Positions 36,514 to 50,469 of a stretch of 64,000 bases of DNA are shown here, piece after piece (position 1 is the stretch's first letter; the number at the start of each line of letters is the position of its first letter). The stretch lies in contig NC_045138.2 of assembly GCF_008831285.2 (NCBI RefSeq), forward strand, positions 13,764,001-13,828,000, written 5' to 3'. The position numbers and the translations under genes were made by a program. The stretch comes from Nymphaea colorata. Lineage: Eukaryota. The notes under the pieces were generated by a model, which saw only the letters and a program-made list of their open reading frames with translations, searched no databases and was not told the DNA's origin.

Positions 36514-38324
36514 AAATGTTCTAACCACCCAACATCTATCTCATTACCGATGAGACGGCTCTGAACAATCCTCCTTTGGCCAGATTATTACCGATGTAAT
36601 AATAAAAAACAGAATCATGTTTTTTATCATCGGCAGTTCTCCATTGGTCGCCATTCTAAGATTTTCAAGCTATTACATTCGGATTCGTTCGACTAATCTT
36701 TTATTCTAATTGAGAAGCAAAGAAAGCAAGGAGCAGTTGGACTGTAGGCAAAACTCTCATTATTTGTAAATCATGTACAATTTTGCAGAACTGCAGGAAG
36801 CGTAATCATGAGCTATGCCAAGGGCAAGTTGAAATGTTTCCCTGCAAATGCGGAACTCCCTATGGATGTGGTAACTTTCTCCGTTATAACCCAAGTTCTT
36901 TTCTACATTTTTGGCGCATCGCAAAACAATCGACAAGAAGATGGAATTTGGCTGTTACTTTGATTTTCTTGTTTCCTTTGTTTCTATAAAGAGATTACAG
37001 GCTATTGAAAACGGAATATTATGTTACTTTTTCTACTTACCAGATACCGTGTTATCTTATTTAAATCACATATCCTCAAGTAATTCGTAACAGGAACTTT
37101 TGAAACTTAATAGTTGTGAATGGCACAAACAGATCCCTGCAGACATGGTGGTGAATGCTATGGTGGTTTCAATGGTGGTACATTCACGACAATCTGCATC
37201 ATTCATCTACCATGTTGGATCGAGCAAACAAAATCCAACGAGTAATTCCGTACTGGCAAATTGCGCTTACCGCTACTTCTCTAGTAATCCAGTCAAAGGG
37301 AAGGATGGCAGGGCCATTAGCATCGACCAACCTTTCTTCTACACTAGCATGGATAATTTCAGAAAGTACATGAACTTCTACTATAATATGCCCTTACAGG
37401 TACATCTTGCTCAAAATTCAGAATTCTGTTTTCTCTCTTAGAGATAAATCTTAAAAATCTTTGTTATTTGGTTTCAAATAAAATAATGAGGTTTTGGCAA
37501 TCCATTAGTTTTATGCCAGTTACACCACTCTTGACGTTCTTATGATATTGAAGGGTTTTAAATTTAAAGCCCTAGCTAGCCAAGTGTGGTTGGAACTCTC
37601 ATCGGCTCAAATTCATCAAGTGGTCTTTAACCACCATGAATTTCAGCTGGAAAGTAAATCGAACCCATGATATTGGAGGACTAGAGACATTTTGTCCGAT
37701 TGTGTAATTGAGATGCTTTGAACTTGCTTTAGGCTTTGAGGCTGGCAAATCTTGCACTGTTCAATATTTGTGGTCGCTTGCTCAAGGATCTCACAAGGAA
37801 GTATAATTTCATCATGTACTTGGCTGAGCTCTACGAACCCTACGTCTTCTTTGATGGAAGGTCTCTCTTTTTCTCTCTTTCTCTTTGTGTATATATGTGT
37901 ATACGTGATAAGCACAGAGCCCACTAACTGTTACTGTTCTACTCTAAAAAAAAAAAAAAAAGAACACCAGAAAAAACAGAATGAACAAGGTAAATTCCTC
38001 CATCGATGGCCCTTGTGATAATTGAAGGTTCTAGTCCTTTGTATTTGCTATGAAGAAAGACTTTCAATCTTCACACGGTTCTCGCTGATCAACAATGAAT
38101 GTTGAAGTTATGAATCTCCGAAGATTCTTCTAAATGCTTCCGATGATTTGGTATTAATTTGCAGATTTGACGATAGCAACACGGAGGGATTGAGGAAGGC
38201 CATGAAAGCCGGTGGCATGGAGGAGGGTTGGTTCAACTTCGATCCCAAGTGTATTAACTGGGAAGAATATTATATGAAGGTGTACTACCCAGGACTTGTG
38301 CGATATGCGATGATGCAGAAGTGA
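34581..38324 (+). CDS. FAR: Fatty acyl-CoA reductase ('FAR-B'), 10 exons, 493 aa
   Basis: Exons 34581-34662, 34743-34846, 34992-35194, 35461-35561, 35834-36026, 36145-36306, 36789-36870, 37133-37399, 37733-37860, 38165-38324. GT-AG introns, 1482 nt in frame. Motifs: [50 protein letters not shown]. Confidence 0.95.
36433..36508. repeat. (CA)n(GA)n microsatellite in FAR-B intron 6
   Basis: Read directly. Shorter homologous tracts occur in intron 6 of FAR-C (~45792) and FAR-D (~60647). Confidence 0.9.
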
Positions 38325-41300
38325 GTTTCTGCATGGGGACTCCAAATTAACTACCTTGGGAAATACGATGCCTTGACAGGACTCACCTGAGCATCTGAAT
38401 GCTTCTGTATTCTTTTTCGGTTTGCGTTATGAATAAGTTTGTAAACCAGGGCACACCCTGTAGTTAGACCCCAAAAGATGGTTCGCGCTCGATCTGTTCA
38501 ATACAATTAGGGCAGGGTATTAATAAAGAAACGAAGGTGCTTTTTTTTTTTTAACCAAATCTTTAGCTGTGTAAATAATTAACTTTAATTAAAAAAAAAT
38601 CATAATAGCTCATAGCAACTACCATCTTTCGCTCTCCCTCAAGAAAGCAAAAGCTTATTAGTTATTAAAATTAATTAACAACTAGACTTATCAATATGGT
38701 TAAAGCGTTCATTTTAGCTAATAGGGTCCTAGGAATCTAATTCATGCTCTAAATCTACATATCTTAATGTGTTAGTAATGATTTATTAGAAATACAAAAC
38801 AATTCAAAATAATTACTAAATGGGAGTGGTAACCCTCATGAAAGAGTGGGAGGAAAAACACCATAGGCCTTGTTCATCTCTCACGGCCAAGTGGGAAATA
38901 ATATTGGTACTTGAAAATTGTAGCACTACAGTTTGTGGCCATAGTGCCTCGCTCATGGGGGTCCGATCGATATGGGTCCTCTTCCTCAAACAGTGGGAGC
39001 AGTAAGGTAGTTGTTATTCAAAAGTATCTCGACTGTAGTTGTTGGTGAACGATCGTGATGGTTACACTTAGATGGTAATAGAACAATAAGAATATCTCGC
39101 TAGCTAGTTACGTCTCTGCTTCAAAGATTGTTTCGTCCGATGTTTCAGTGCTGATTGAGATAATTTTTGATTCTCTTTCATTACTTGCCTCAGATTCATG
39201 CATAAATGCACTCCAAATTAAAGAACTGGTTAATCCGGAGGTTCATTCCTTTAAACATGGATCTTCACCTAACGTATGGCCAACATGCAGTGGCGGAGCG
39301 TTGGAGGAACACTAATTCATGAAAATATTAATATAAAAATAAAAAGCATTAAAGAGAGAAGCAAGTTTGCCCACACGAGCTCGTATGTGACTTTGCCTCT
39401 ACCAACAGGTGGCCGCGGCCCCTCCACAAAGCCCACAGATTCGAAGCACCTTCCCGTGTGGGGCTGGAGTTGCCAGCTTTTAATGGGCTGACACACGGAT
39501 TGAATTGGCAGTCAAAACAAAAAAAACCGGCCTTCAACCAATTTAGTAGTTAACTTTAATTTTCATATTTCTCGCTCATTATTTTCGAGTGACAAGACCA
39601 TGTTAAGCATTGCTTATTTCATTTACTATTTTTCTGAACAATTCCGCATTTGCATTTCCGCTTTCTAAAAGTTGGAGAAACGGTTGTAAGCACTTAATTT
39701 GATTAATTGAATTCTTCTTTTGGGGTTCTAAGGACTTAATAGCGAGGGTGACTCCACCAAATTTTCCTTTTTCCAGTCTCAGATTGTCATTGTCGTATTC
39801 AACCTTTTTTTTCCCCAAATGTTATTCGAGGTGTCCCAATGATGCATAGGCTACAGGGAGTACTTAAATATAAATAAATGAGGATCTACCAATCACTATA
39901 TGTGTTTATGATAACTACCAGAGTTTTTCCTCATTAATGAGGATGTGAGGTATTCCTGCCCCGGCTGTTTCTGGTTGCGACTTGGAGGAGTTGCTAGTTT
40001 GCCGTAAGCTAGCGGACAATGCATGTGCATCCCTCTAGCTCTTGGTATGAATGTACATGAACTGGTTTCCCCACTAGTACTTGACATGTTAAGTATTTCT
40101 TTCTTTGTTTCATGCATAGTTGGCAAACCTGGACGAGAATCGGCAGATGTTCAGGTTACTGTCAAGTCTATGCCTAGTTGTGCCGAGTCAATGCCTAGTA
40201 AACTGAGTAAGGGGCAAGTCAGAGGTGAATCAGGCAAACTTGTGCAATTCATAACAAGGTTTTTTAGCGATGGGAGCTAACTTGTGCAATTCCTGAGCTA
40301 ATCCAATGAGTCAGCCAATTATGGTTTTATGTTCGGCCGCCACTTACGTCATCCTTGTTTGTACCTCTCAAGTAGCTGTCCCTGGCCGGCATTGACGGAT
40401 CTTTGTCCATATATTCTATTTAGAAGGCGGGCATTGAAGGATTCAACTTCCAGCCAGAGGATTGCTGGCAGGTAACTCTTCGCCTTTATTCACAGAATCA
40501 ACTTTCGTCGTCATAAAATTAGCAATCTGTTTCGATGGAGCAAAAGAGAATGAAAGGGAGGAAAAGAGTATTCAATCTTGTGTTTTTTGGTTGGTTAATT
40601 AAGAATGATGGAAAAAAAAAAGAACATATTTTGTTGCAATGGAAAGGAAATCTTTGACAACAGATAAACTACTCGACGTTGTTCGTATCGACGCAATAGC
40701 CGCCCTCCACCTAAAAACAGAAGGCCGACAGCTTGAAACCCAACTGATAAATAGTGTGTGCTGGCCCATTTTATATATATATATAAAATACATTGGTAGG
40801 TACAAAATTAATAATAAGTCCTTTTAAATGTTGAAAAAATGATTGAAAGAAAACTAAGAAGAGGGAGAGATGAAAAGTCAAATTAGTGGATGAAAGACCA
40901 CAGATTTTGGTTAAAACTGCCGTAGACGGTCGCTGATGCTAATGTGGTGACTATTATTTATAATATATATATTTTTAAATTTTAATCATCAACATGTTTA
41001 AAATCTTCTGAATAAGTTTTGATAGAATAGTTTGGGAGAGGCTAGATGTACGTCTTTTAAGAGAAGTAAGGCCAGCCTATCTCATTAGGAAGCTCAAACC
41101 ACGCCGCAAATATCATATCATGTTACGGACCTATATGTGTATGTTTCTCATAGAATCTTTGGGATTGTAGATTTTACATACTAGTGTTTAGGATCGATGA
41201 AGCCCTCTTGCACTCTCCAAGATGAAGAAGAAGAATGAGAAGAAGAGAAGTAAACAAATAAGAACACAACTAATGTTCATGTGGTTAAGAGAGATCAATA

Positions 41301-43148
41301 ATTTTTCTGGCAATTAAGGATTGCGATTAGGGGTGATCAGCAAGTCTACGTCAATACAAATATTTTCTGATCAGCAAGAAAATGTTGCATTGAGAACTTC
41401 AAATTGGTTTAGATTAAGATTGATTTGTTGATATATAATTAAAAAAAGAAAGAAAGAAAAAATACAAAGTAGATAGACAGTCGCCTCAACCTGTCTCCCG
41501 TGACGAAAAAAAGAAAGAAAGAAAAAACTGAAAATAACGAGTCGGACGCTCGCTTCAGCATGCCTCCTACACTGGAGGTGGAGGATCTCGTAAATCTTCT
41601 CCATGTGTTGCCAAATAAAATAATTTCTCGATTACACACTAATGAAGGAAGTTTTCTTTAAGAGCAAGAAAAAGTTTTACTGCTGCATGTCATCGATTAC
41701 ATTACATGTGAGGCATTTCCCGCAAGAAAGAGGTAGTTCATTTTGGCTAGCCCTTTCATTTCGTTTTTTTCCGGCAATATTGATGGGAGATTACTTACCT
41801 TATATACTAACAAGAAATAAGCCGATACAATCGTGAGATTAATTTACGCAAAACACAGGAAATGGAGGGTTGTTGAAGGGCCTTGTTGGATTGAAGAACA
41901 CACGTAAAAACAGGCGCATTTTAATATCACCTCACAAAAAACATGCAGAGCATGAAATCCCTATTCCCTTTTTGAGTAACTTTAGTTAATACGTGAAGTT
42001 GACGAACCTTGGGCTTCATGCATGCTTCGGAAACTAGGGAGAAAAAAAAACATGCCCCCCACATGGCATATGACGGGATTTATAGTTCCCCACGTGGCTC
42101 GATTGGTTAAGAGAAGGCCACAAGTCACATTCAATCCCACTGTCATTACGACTGAACTCAATAAGCATGACGAATTAAGAACGAGTTATGTCCCAATTCA
42201 TTTCGTGACTCGTGCTCAGTGATAGAGGTAGAAAATTTTTTTAGAAGCACCAAATATTTAAAAATATTAACTGTAAATAAAGAACTTTGAGGGCACCGGG
42301 CGTGGCTTCGCCTCTGCTCGTGCTTGACCCGTTTACAAGGTTGAATTTTAATTTAAGTTCCAGGTCAGCTCATTTAACAAAACAGTTGATCCTAAGAAGG
42401 CGTTTGATGGTTTGAAATTTTGATTTAAAAATAAAAAATTTCATAATCATAATAATTCTTCGTAAAACTGGAATGAAATCAAAATTGTAGATTTCAGTTT
42501 CTCAATTTCAAAAACAAACTACCCGGTTTGTTCAACAATTTTATTTTTTTAAACATTAAACATTTTAATTCTAAATTTCGTGATTTTAGATATATCAAAC
42601 AGCGACGGAAGACAAGACAAACCTTCAATATTTCAGTAAGAAGATTCTATGACGCATGATCTGTCAATTAACTTCTACCTTCTATAAAAGGATTTATTGT
42701 AGCTGAAAATCTCTAAGGCAGCATATTCATTGTTCTCCAAATGGTCCGTGACACCCAAAGTGCTGTTTTTTCTGCATCATTTTTGAAAGACCAATAGGAT
42801 GGGTAGGATTGTTTTTATGTGTTTATTTATTAAAAACAAGTCACAGTTGGACTGAATTAATATTTTAAGTCTGTTTAACTTTCTATAAGTTACCAATCAT
42901 TAGTGGATAAGTTTATTGTGAAAACAAAAATAAAAGCAAATGAAACACTTAAAAAAGAAGAGCAAAAAGTGAGAAGAGTGATAAAAGCAAATGAAACATT
43001 TAAAAACTTTTTGGCTTACCATTGTAGCATGCACCGACCAGCGTGTGCAACTCAATCTCTTTGGGATGGGACTGATTCAAGACGGACCCCATCACATGCC
43101 TTTAGGAAAGAAGAGGGATTTTCGGGGTCGATGGAGAATTTCTGCAGC

Positions 43149-43156
43149 TATAAATA
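43149..43156 (+). promoter_or_regulatory. TATA box of FAR-C
   Basis: GCAGCTATAAATAGAGA, shared with FAR-D; the CTATAAATAGAGA core is also shared with FAR-B. Confidence 0.75.
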
Positions 43157-43331
43157 GAGAAGGACCTTCAAGCAGAGAAGCAGCACTGACGCATTCAAAC
43201 ACCCAACGCGCTTATATTGAAGCGTCCTTCTCGGTCTCTTGTGCGATAAGCGAGAGAGAGATAGATCAGAGTGTGCGTCTCTCTTAAGTTCATTATCAGA
43301 GACTATACATACATATAGCTAGAGAGCGAAA

Positions 43332-43953
43332 ATGGCTACTCTCAACAGCATTGCCCAGAGTTTAGAGAACAAGAGCATCTTAATCACCGGCAGCACTGGC
43401 TTTCTTGCAAAGAGTAATGAGAACAACCTCACACTCTCTCTCTCCCCCTCTAGAAAATATATATGTATGGGTAGTTTTCTTATGCTGTTGGGTTGCGGGT
43501 GCAGTATTTGTGGAGAAGATACTGAGGGTTCAGCCACAGGTGAAGCGTTTGTATCTGCTTGTCCGTGCCTCTGATGCTAAATCAGCCAAGCGTCGCATCG
43601 ATACGCAGGTAACATACTAGCCATGTTATCGTATCGGACTCAGGTAAATTCATGGGGTAATATATGGGGTTTGAATCTAACTGTTGTGGACAACTAAAAT
43701 TTCAAAACCTGTTGCTAAGAAATAGTGGTCTAGAAGGATTAGCAATGGTTTGTGGTACAACAATATTTGAAAGTGCTTTTAACAAAGGTTTGTAGTGTTT
43801 TAACCATGTTGTTTTGAGTGGTATATTTTTAATTTTTAATCATCTAATAACATTTAGCAGACGCACACACACACACACGCACACACACACACACATATAT
43901 ATATATGTTTGAGCGGTATATTTTTAATTTTTAGTCCTTTAATAACATGTAGC

Positions 43954-44045
<92 letters not shown>

Positions 44046-47000
44046 AACTCAAATCAACTGGCTGCGACTGGATGTATAATAATTAAATCCATTGTAAAGA
44101 ACATTATCTGCTGATACTAGAGATGTCATAAGCTTTCGCTATATAATAAAATGTGCCTCATAGTCATGGATGTAAAGACTTTAAGTGATATATTTAATTA
44201 TTTAGCATCGGACGACATCGGGAAGCCAGCAAATTTCTATCTATGTATGTTTATATGAAGGTTCTGTCGAAGTCAATGGTTAGAGACTCTGCTGTTTGGC
44301 GGAACATGCACTTTTATCGAAAGAAGTAACGTGTCTTTTGTTGTAACGATGAATATTTTCTAAAAAAAGTTTGAAATTTATCTAAATGGACCCTCACGAC
44401 GGAGCAACGTACGCAAACTAATGAATCAGTGGATTTATAAGCAAATAATTCACTTCTGTAGGTGATAAGCAAGGAATTGTTCAGAGTCCTGAGAACTAAG
44501 CATGGAGACGAGTTCGATTCCTTCATTTCCGAAAAGATTTGCCCGATCGCCGGTGATATGGCAGTGGAGGACCTGGGGATCCAAGAGACTCATCTCAAAC
44601 AGGAGATCATGGAGGAAGTCGATATTATTGCCAATGTTGCTGCAACTACCAGCTTCGATGAAAGGTACGTGCACTGCAATACCGACATGTTGGTCAAATG
44701 TCGCAGCTCTATTTTCTGTCGATTTCACTAAAAGAGGTTTTCTTTGAAAGACATGAAGAAGAGAAGGCATATGCATATTCTTCGTATGTGGCATAAAAAA
44801 AAGCATGCACCTCTGTACTGATCTAACTTTAAAGAGGTTCAATTGATAGGTTTCATTAATATCTAGGGTAGATCGAACGGTGTATATATACGTGTGTGTT
44901 TTTTTATTCATTAAACTTTGCTTTGGAGCACAGGTATGACGTAGCTTTGAACATTAATGCCATGGGAGCTGATCGAGTAATGGCCTTTGCCCAACGATGC
45001 CACAAACTGCAGATGTTCCTCCACGTCTCCACAGGTTAAGTAAATTTCGATCTCGTACGTGCTTTCTGTAATTCGAGACTTCCATGATCTTTCGTCCACC
45101 AAGCTAAGAAAAAATGGGTTCCTTTAACTGATAGGGAGCGTTTGTCAGGCCTCCGTGAAATGTTATTTAGCCATAAAAGACCAACATGTTTGATTCGCCT
45201 TAATTTCAGCATACGTTTGCGGGTGCAAGTCCGGGTTGGTGTTGGAGAAACCGATCCGAATGGGGGAAACAGCGAACGGGCAGAACAACCTTGACATAGA
45301 AGCAGAGCTGCGGCTAGCGGAGAAGGAGCTGAAGGAGCTCCGAGCCAGAGGAGTTGAGAAGACGGAAGAAACTGCTGCCATGAAAGAACTGGGCTTCAAA
45401 AGGTCACCTAATCGATCCCTTGCCTATCGACCGAAACGTACAGCTTGACATGTTTTTTCTTCTTTATAAGAGTGGCTTTGAACTGAAACCCTCTAACTGT
45501 TTTCACTCAGGGCAAGGTCTTTTGGTTGGCCTAATTCGTATGCTTTTACGAAGGCCATGGGGGAAATGTTGATCGGTGAGTCCAGAAAAGATTTGCCCTT
45601 GGTGATCATCCGTCCAACTATAATTGAATCCACTTTGGTTGATCCTTTCCCTGGTTGGATTGAAGGTTTCAGGTAAATTTCATTTTCCGGGTTCAAGAAT
45701 AAATTATTATTGGTGATGCGAGTGCAGTAGTAATCTGGCATGCCCAAGTCGTAATCAACTCTCTTAGTCATACAGGTTGAACGAACATGCATACACACAC
45801 AGAGGGAGAGAGAGAGTGTGATTTGAAAGTGAAAAACAGGTCAGACGTGAAAAGGATCCGCTGCAGCAGGAGTAGCATAAACAGGAAAGGGGAACATAGC
45901 AGAATTATATATGTTCCTTCATTTTTGTGATCGATAGTTTAGGACTTGTTAACTGCGTGTGGTTTTGATGTTATTAGGTTAATCTTACCACTCCTACTTC
46001 ATTATCTTTCATTTTCATTGAGAGGGAAAGAACAGCGAGAAACAATTTGAACTATTCGTAAACCTTGTTCGATTTGCAGAACCGCCGGAAGCGTAATCAT
46101 GAGCTATGGCAAGGGGAAGTTGAAATGTTTCCCGTCAAATGTCGATTTCCCCATTGATGTGGTAATGATCCTTATTGATTCGAGGCCTCATTTTCTGTTT
46201 TGCTGTAATCACGAAACAATCAAGAAGAAGTTGAATTGACTTCTACGACAATTTTCGTAATATTTAAAGATTACAGGCGTGATCGGTAGCTCAACACGGA
46301 TCACCGCCGATATTACTCTTCTGCTTAACATATAGGCATGACATGAAATTTGGGAAAGCTACTAATTTTGAAAAATGGCACCAACAGATCCCTGCTGACA
46401 TGGTGGTAAATGCCATGGTGGTCTCGATGGTGGCACATTCATGGCAACCGCAGGCATTCATCTACCATGTCGGATCGAGCAAACAAAATCCAACTACTAC
46501 TTCACTACTAGCCGATTGCGCGCATCGCTACTTTTCCAACAATCCAGTCAAGGGGAAGGATGGCAGGGCCATTAGTGTGGACAAACTTTTCCTCTATACT
46601 AGCTTGGATGATTTCAAGAAGTACATGAATTTCTACTATAATGTGCCCTTACAGGTAAATCTTACAGAAATCAGAAACAGTTTTCATCCTCACAGCTGGT
46701 AAATCTTGAAAAAAATCCATCTCCTTGCCTTTGGTTATTTTATTGCAACTAAGTATTATGGTTTTGGCAATCCATTAAAAATTTATGTCAATCGCTCCGC
46801 TCTTGACGTTTTTCGCATGATAGGCCTTCAAAATCTAACCCTGATCAAGCCAAGTAGATGAAACCTTTATTGGATCAAGTAATTCAATTAGTAATCTTTA
46901 CCAACTTCGAGTTCCTGAAATGATTGGCGGACTATGTTCATTTCATCAGATTTCCTAATTGAGAAATTTAGTACTTGCTTTAGGTATTGAGGCTGGCAAA

Positions 47001-47112
47001 TTTTGCACTGTTCAACGTTTGGGGGCGCTTGCACAGGGATCTTACAAGGAAGTACAATTTCGCCATGTACTTGGCGGAGCTCTACGATCCATACGTCTTC
47101 TTTGATGGAAGG

Positions 47113-47199
<87 letters not shown>

Positions 47200-47720
47200 C
47201 TCAGCTAATAAGCAGACACTTGGATTAACTCATTGAACGTTACAGTATTGTTGTCATAAAAAGGGTGCTAACCAGCTGTACATTGTTTGTCAAATCCTAT
47301 TCCGTTACCTGGTTCGATCTTGTAATGCAAATAATACCTTGTCAAAGCATCCTAATTATTCACGTATTTTCACATGCAATACAAGTTGAATTTTTATATT
47401 TTAAGATCATCCTCCCTTCATGATAATTGAAAACATTAGTCCGTTGCATTTACTTTAAATAGAGACTTTTCGCCTTCACATGGCCTTGAATATTAGTTTG
47501 AGTTGAATATTGGAAAGTTTATCTCAATGCTTTTGGCGATTTGATGTTAATTTGCAGATTCGACGATAGCAGCGCGGAGGGATTGAGGATGGCCATGAAA
47601 GCCAGTGGCATGAAAGAGGCCGAGCTATTCAACTTTGATCCCAAATGTATTAACTGGGAAGAATATTGTATGAAGGTGTATTATCCGGGACTTGTGAAAT
47701 ATGCGATGGTGCAGAAGTGA
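43332..47720 (+). CDS. FAR: Fatty acyl-CoA reductase ('FAR-C'), 10 exons, 494 aa
   Basis: Exons 43332-43413, 43505-43608, 44462-44664, 44934-45034, 45210-45402, 45511-45672, 46080-46161, 46388-46654, 46984-47111, 47558-47720. GT-AG introns, 1485 nt in frame. TGSTGFLAK and SYAFTK motifs intact. Confidence 0.95.
43956..44041. repeat. Long (AT)n microsatellite in FAR-C intron 2
   Basis: Read directly. The homologous tract in FAR-D intron 2 is at about 58715-58780. Confidence 0.95.
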
Positions 47721-49093
47721 ATTGCCATAAGGGGACCGTAAAATACTTTTCGTACTATCCTCTTGTTCTGAAGGTAGAGAGGACTATACTTCATGTGTAG
47801 CTCATGATATGAGCCTCTGAATGCTTCTGTATTCGTTTTAGTTTGCAATATGAGTAAACATTTTCTCTTTTCTTCTACAAACATGCCTAATCTGGGTATA
47901 CTCTCGAGTGAGATGCGCTCAAGAGTATGGCAATAAAAACATAGTGTCAGGGCTGTGGTCGGCTCTTGCACAGGTATAGCGCCAAAGACCGGACATCACC
48001 AGCGCTTGTTGAGTGCCAGATATGGCTATTTCTGGCTAAATGCTTATCGCCAGAGATGACTTTTTAATTTTTTTTAAATAATTTTACTTTGACATAATTA
48101 AAACAATTAGTACAAAAATTACAACCTGCCGAGATTACAAATGATAATCATATTACAGGCAATCAGATATATGATTGTTGAAGGTTGTTCTTCACAATAA
48201 AAAACAGTAAAGATATAAACAGTCAATATGGGGAGTAACCCCAGAAATCATTGAAAGGAGTCCAAATGTTAGTGGGAGTGCCCACTTGGTGATCGTCTTC
48301 AACTACAACTTTTTTTGCACAATATTTTTCTAGAAGGCAACAAGCCATAGCGCAGAAAAGGAGAAGAAGGAAAACCTGCTGGCTGGCCGCACTTCGTTGA
48401 TTCCTCACTTTCTTTGATTAGAGTAACCTACAAAAGCAGCCAATCATCATCTGTGAGACGCATATGCATAAGGTTAAGAAAAATTGATCACATTGAGCTC
48501 AAGGTAATTCACCAATGCTTCGTTCTTTGTTTTCCAGTAACATATGCTTCAATACTGCCTTAACATGTTTCTGTAACATCAACTATCTAGTAATACAAAC
48601 ATGTTTTGGCGTATACAAGCAAAGTAAGATCACACCAATGGTTGCAATAGATTGCTTCAAGAAATTATATATATATATATATATATGAATGTCAAAGCAT
48701 TGTGTCCCTGCATTATCAAGTACCTGATCCTTTAGCAAAAAAAAAAAAAAAAAATCAAAAACTGAAAAATGATAGTTCGCAGCCCCAGTGCCATATTTCT
48801 TTTTATAATTGTGTCTCAAAATAAGGAACACCGAAAAAAAGAAGATTACAAAGAGTTTTTCTGTACAGAAAGCTTTGTGCTTTGCATGTCCAATAAAACT
48901 AGGAAAAATAAAAATGGAGACTCAAAGCAAGGGGAGACTCTTCATTCGGTGCTTTTGTAAGCAGCGAGCCCTCTGTGCGTTGAAACAAAGAGGGAAACAA
49001 CAGAGAATGACAAACAGGGGAACATGGAACAGCGGCCATTCAGCCGAGAGCATCTCTTAATTTGTTAACAAACAAACAAAAAACAAGCACTAA

Positions 49094-49320
49094 GGCCCCT
49101 TTTGGTGTACAAGAAAAATACTGTACAAGGTGGATTTTTTAAAAGTTTGTATGGTTTTTCTGCTGCATCAAGAAGAAATTTTACCATATTGAAATCGGAA
49201 AAAAATCCCATGCAAAAAAGTTGGAAGTCTTTAGGTCCAAATTTTTTCCACCAAAAAATCTTCTTTCCATACAATGGTAGTTTGACCAGGTAAAAGACTT
49301 CATGGGCATCAAACGAGACC
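49094..49320. mobile_element. Tourist/PIF-Harbinger-like MITE
   Basis: Begins GGCCCCTTTTGGTG and ends CATCAAACGAGACC (reverse complement GGTCTCGTTTGATG), an imperfect 14-bp TIR. TAA on both sides (49091-49093, 49321-49323). Confidence 0.7.
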
Positions 49321-49956
49321 TAAATGATGCCATCCGCAGCAGAGATAGAGTCGCACCCCTTTCCCCTGCCTGCATGATTGGAAGAAAATCCACAGAAAAG
49401 TCGTTTCTAGGTCAGGGTGGGTCAGTAAGATATTAATACACAATACCAACGGCCAGGGCGCCGGATTTGCAGGGCAGGGGCCAAACATACTAGCAAACAG
49501 TTGCAATCCTGTACAAATTGAACCTGTTAAAGCTTCAAATTATTGACTATCAATTTCGGAAATTGAACGTGGTGGCGGAATGAAACAACCGATCTGTCTG
49601 GGGCGACTACGACTGCCTATAGAAACTATAACGGGAAAGAAAATAAAGTGATAATTTTCCTTGGCATCTGATGTCCAAAAAGCTGCAATAAGTATGTTCT
49701 TTTGAATCGGGAGTATGATGTTGCGGCCCAATTTGTTCCAGTTTTGTGGAGCCTGAATTCATCAACAAACCTGATATCAGTTAATTAGAGCAATGAAAAG
49801 GAAGGGCAAACATAAAAAAACACATAAATCTGATATCAAACACAAAAAAATCCCAAATGAAACCTAAGCTAATCAAAATCCCAGTCAAGAGAAAAGGGAG
49901 AAAGTGATAGAGAGACAGTGATACTGATGGCGGAAGGAAAGAACAAGTAGAAGTAA

Positions 49957-50240
49957 GGTAAGGCTGGACATCGACGGGTACCCGACCTGACTTGGGCCGG
50001 GAAAAAAAGACCACTGGAACAGCTCGGGTGGGCCGGACAAGACCGGTGCAGCTTGACAATATTTTTTAATATATACTTTATTATTTTTATATATAATTAT
50101 AATATTTTATTATAATTAACTATATTTATATATTACTTTATATTAAAAATATATTTTTTTAATTTAATCAGGTCGGACTTGGGTTCGAGTTCTGGTCTTA
50201 TTTGTCAAAATGGGTCTGAGCCCGAGCCCGAGTTTCGGGT
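49957..50240. mobile_element. Degenerate hAT-like MITE (CCCGA/TCGGG subrepeats, AT-rich core)
   Basis: Starts TAAGGCTGG. ACCCGACC/GGGCCGG/CCCGAGCCCGAG motifs flank an extremely AT-rich core (50060-50170). Abuts the FAR exon-2 relic. Confidence 0.5.
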
Positions 50241-50356
50241 GAAAAAGACACTGATCTATGGCGCATGTGAAACACTTACACCTTTTGATCCGTGCCCTCG
50301 ATAATCTGCCAAACATCAATCTCGACATCCTGGTAAAAAGCTTAGGACGTGAATAG
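50239..50356 (+). pseudogene. FAR-B-like exon 2 relic with start of intron 2
   Basis: GTGAAAAAGACACTGA..GCATGTGAAACACTTACACCTTTTGATCCGTGCCCTCGAT..AATCTGCCAAACATC..CTCGACATCCTG|GTAAAAAGCTTAGGACGTGAATA aligns with FAR-B 34748-34869, including the intronic GCTTAGGACGTGAATA. Confidence 0.8.
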
Positions 50357-50469
50357 GTAGGGTTAGATTCGAATCAATTGGAATTGAGTATATATATATA
50401 TATACACACGTACAGGTCTTCCATGAAGGTAGTCTTGCCATTCATTTCAGTCAAGAAACACCTGCTAGG

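Larger units (their letters stand above)
38845..47919 (+). repeat. Segmental duplication copy 1 (FAR-C plus upstream spacer)
   Basis: Collinear homology with 52720-62762: ~38845-39005 to ~52720-52890, ~39120-39800 to ~53055-53600, ~39910-40520 to ~55565-55880, ~41945-42140 to ~56235-56420, and 42655-47919 to 57548-62762. Homology ends at GAGTGAGATGCGCT in both copies. Confidence 0.88.

Noticed and set aside
42397..42603. Possible Tourist-like MITE upstream of FAR-C
   Set aside because: Only a ~10-bp degenerate TIR (GGCGTTTGAT / ATCAAACAGC) and no clean TSD; too weak to call.
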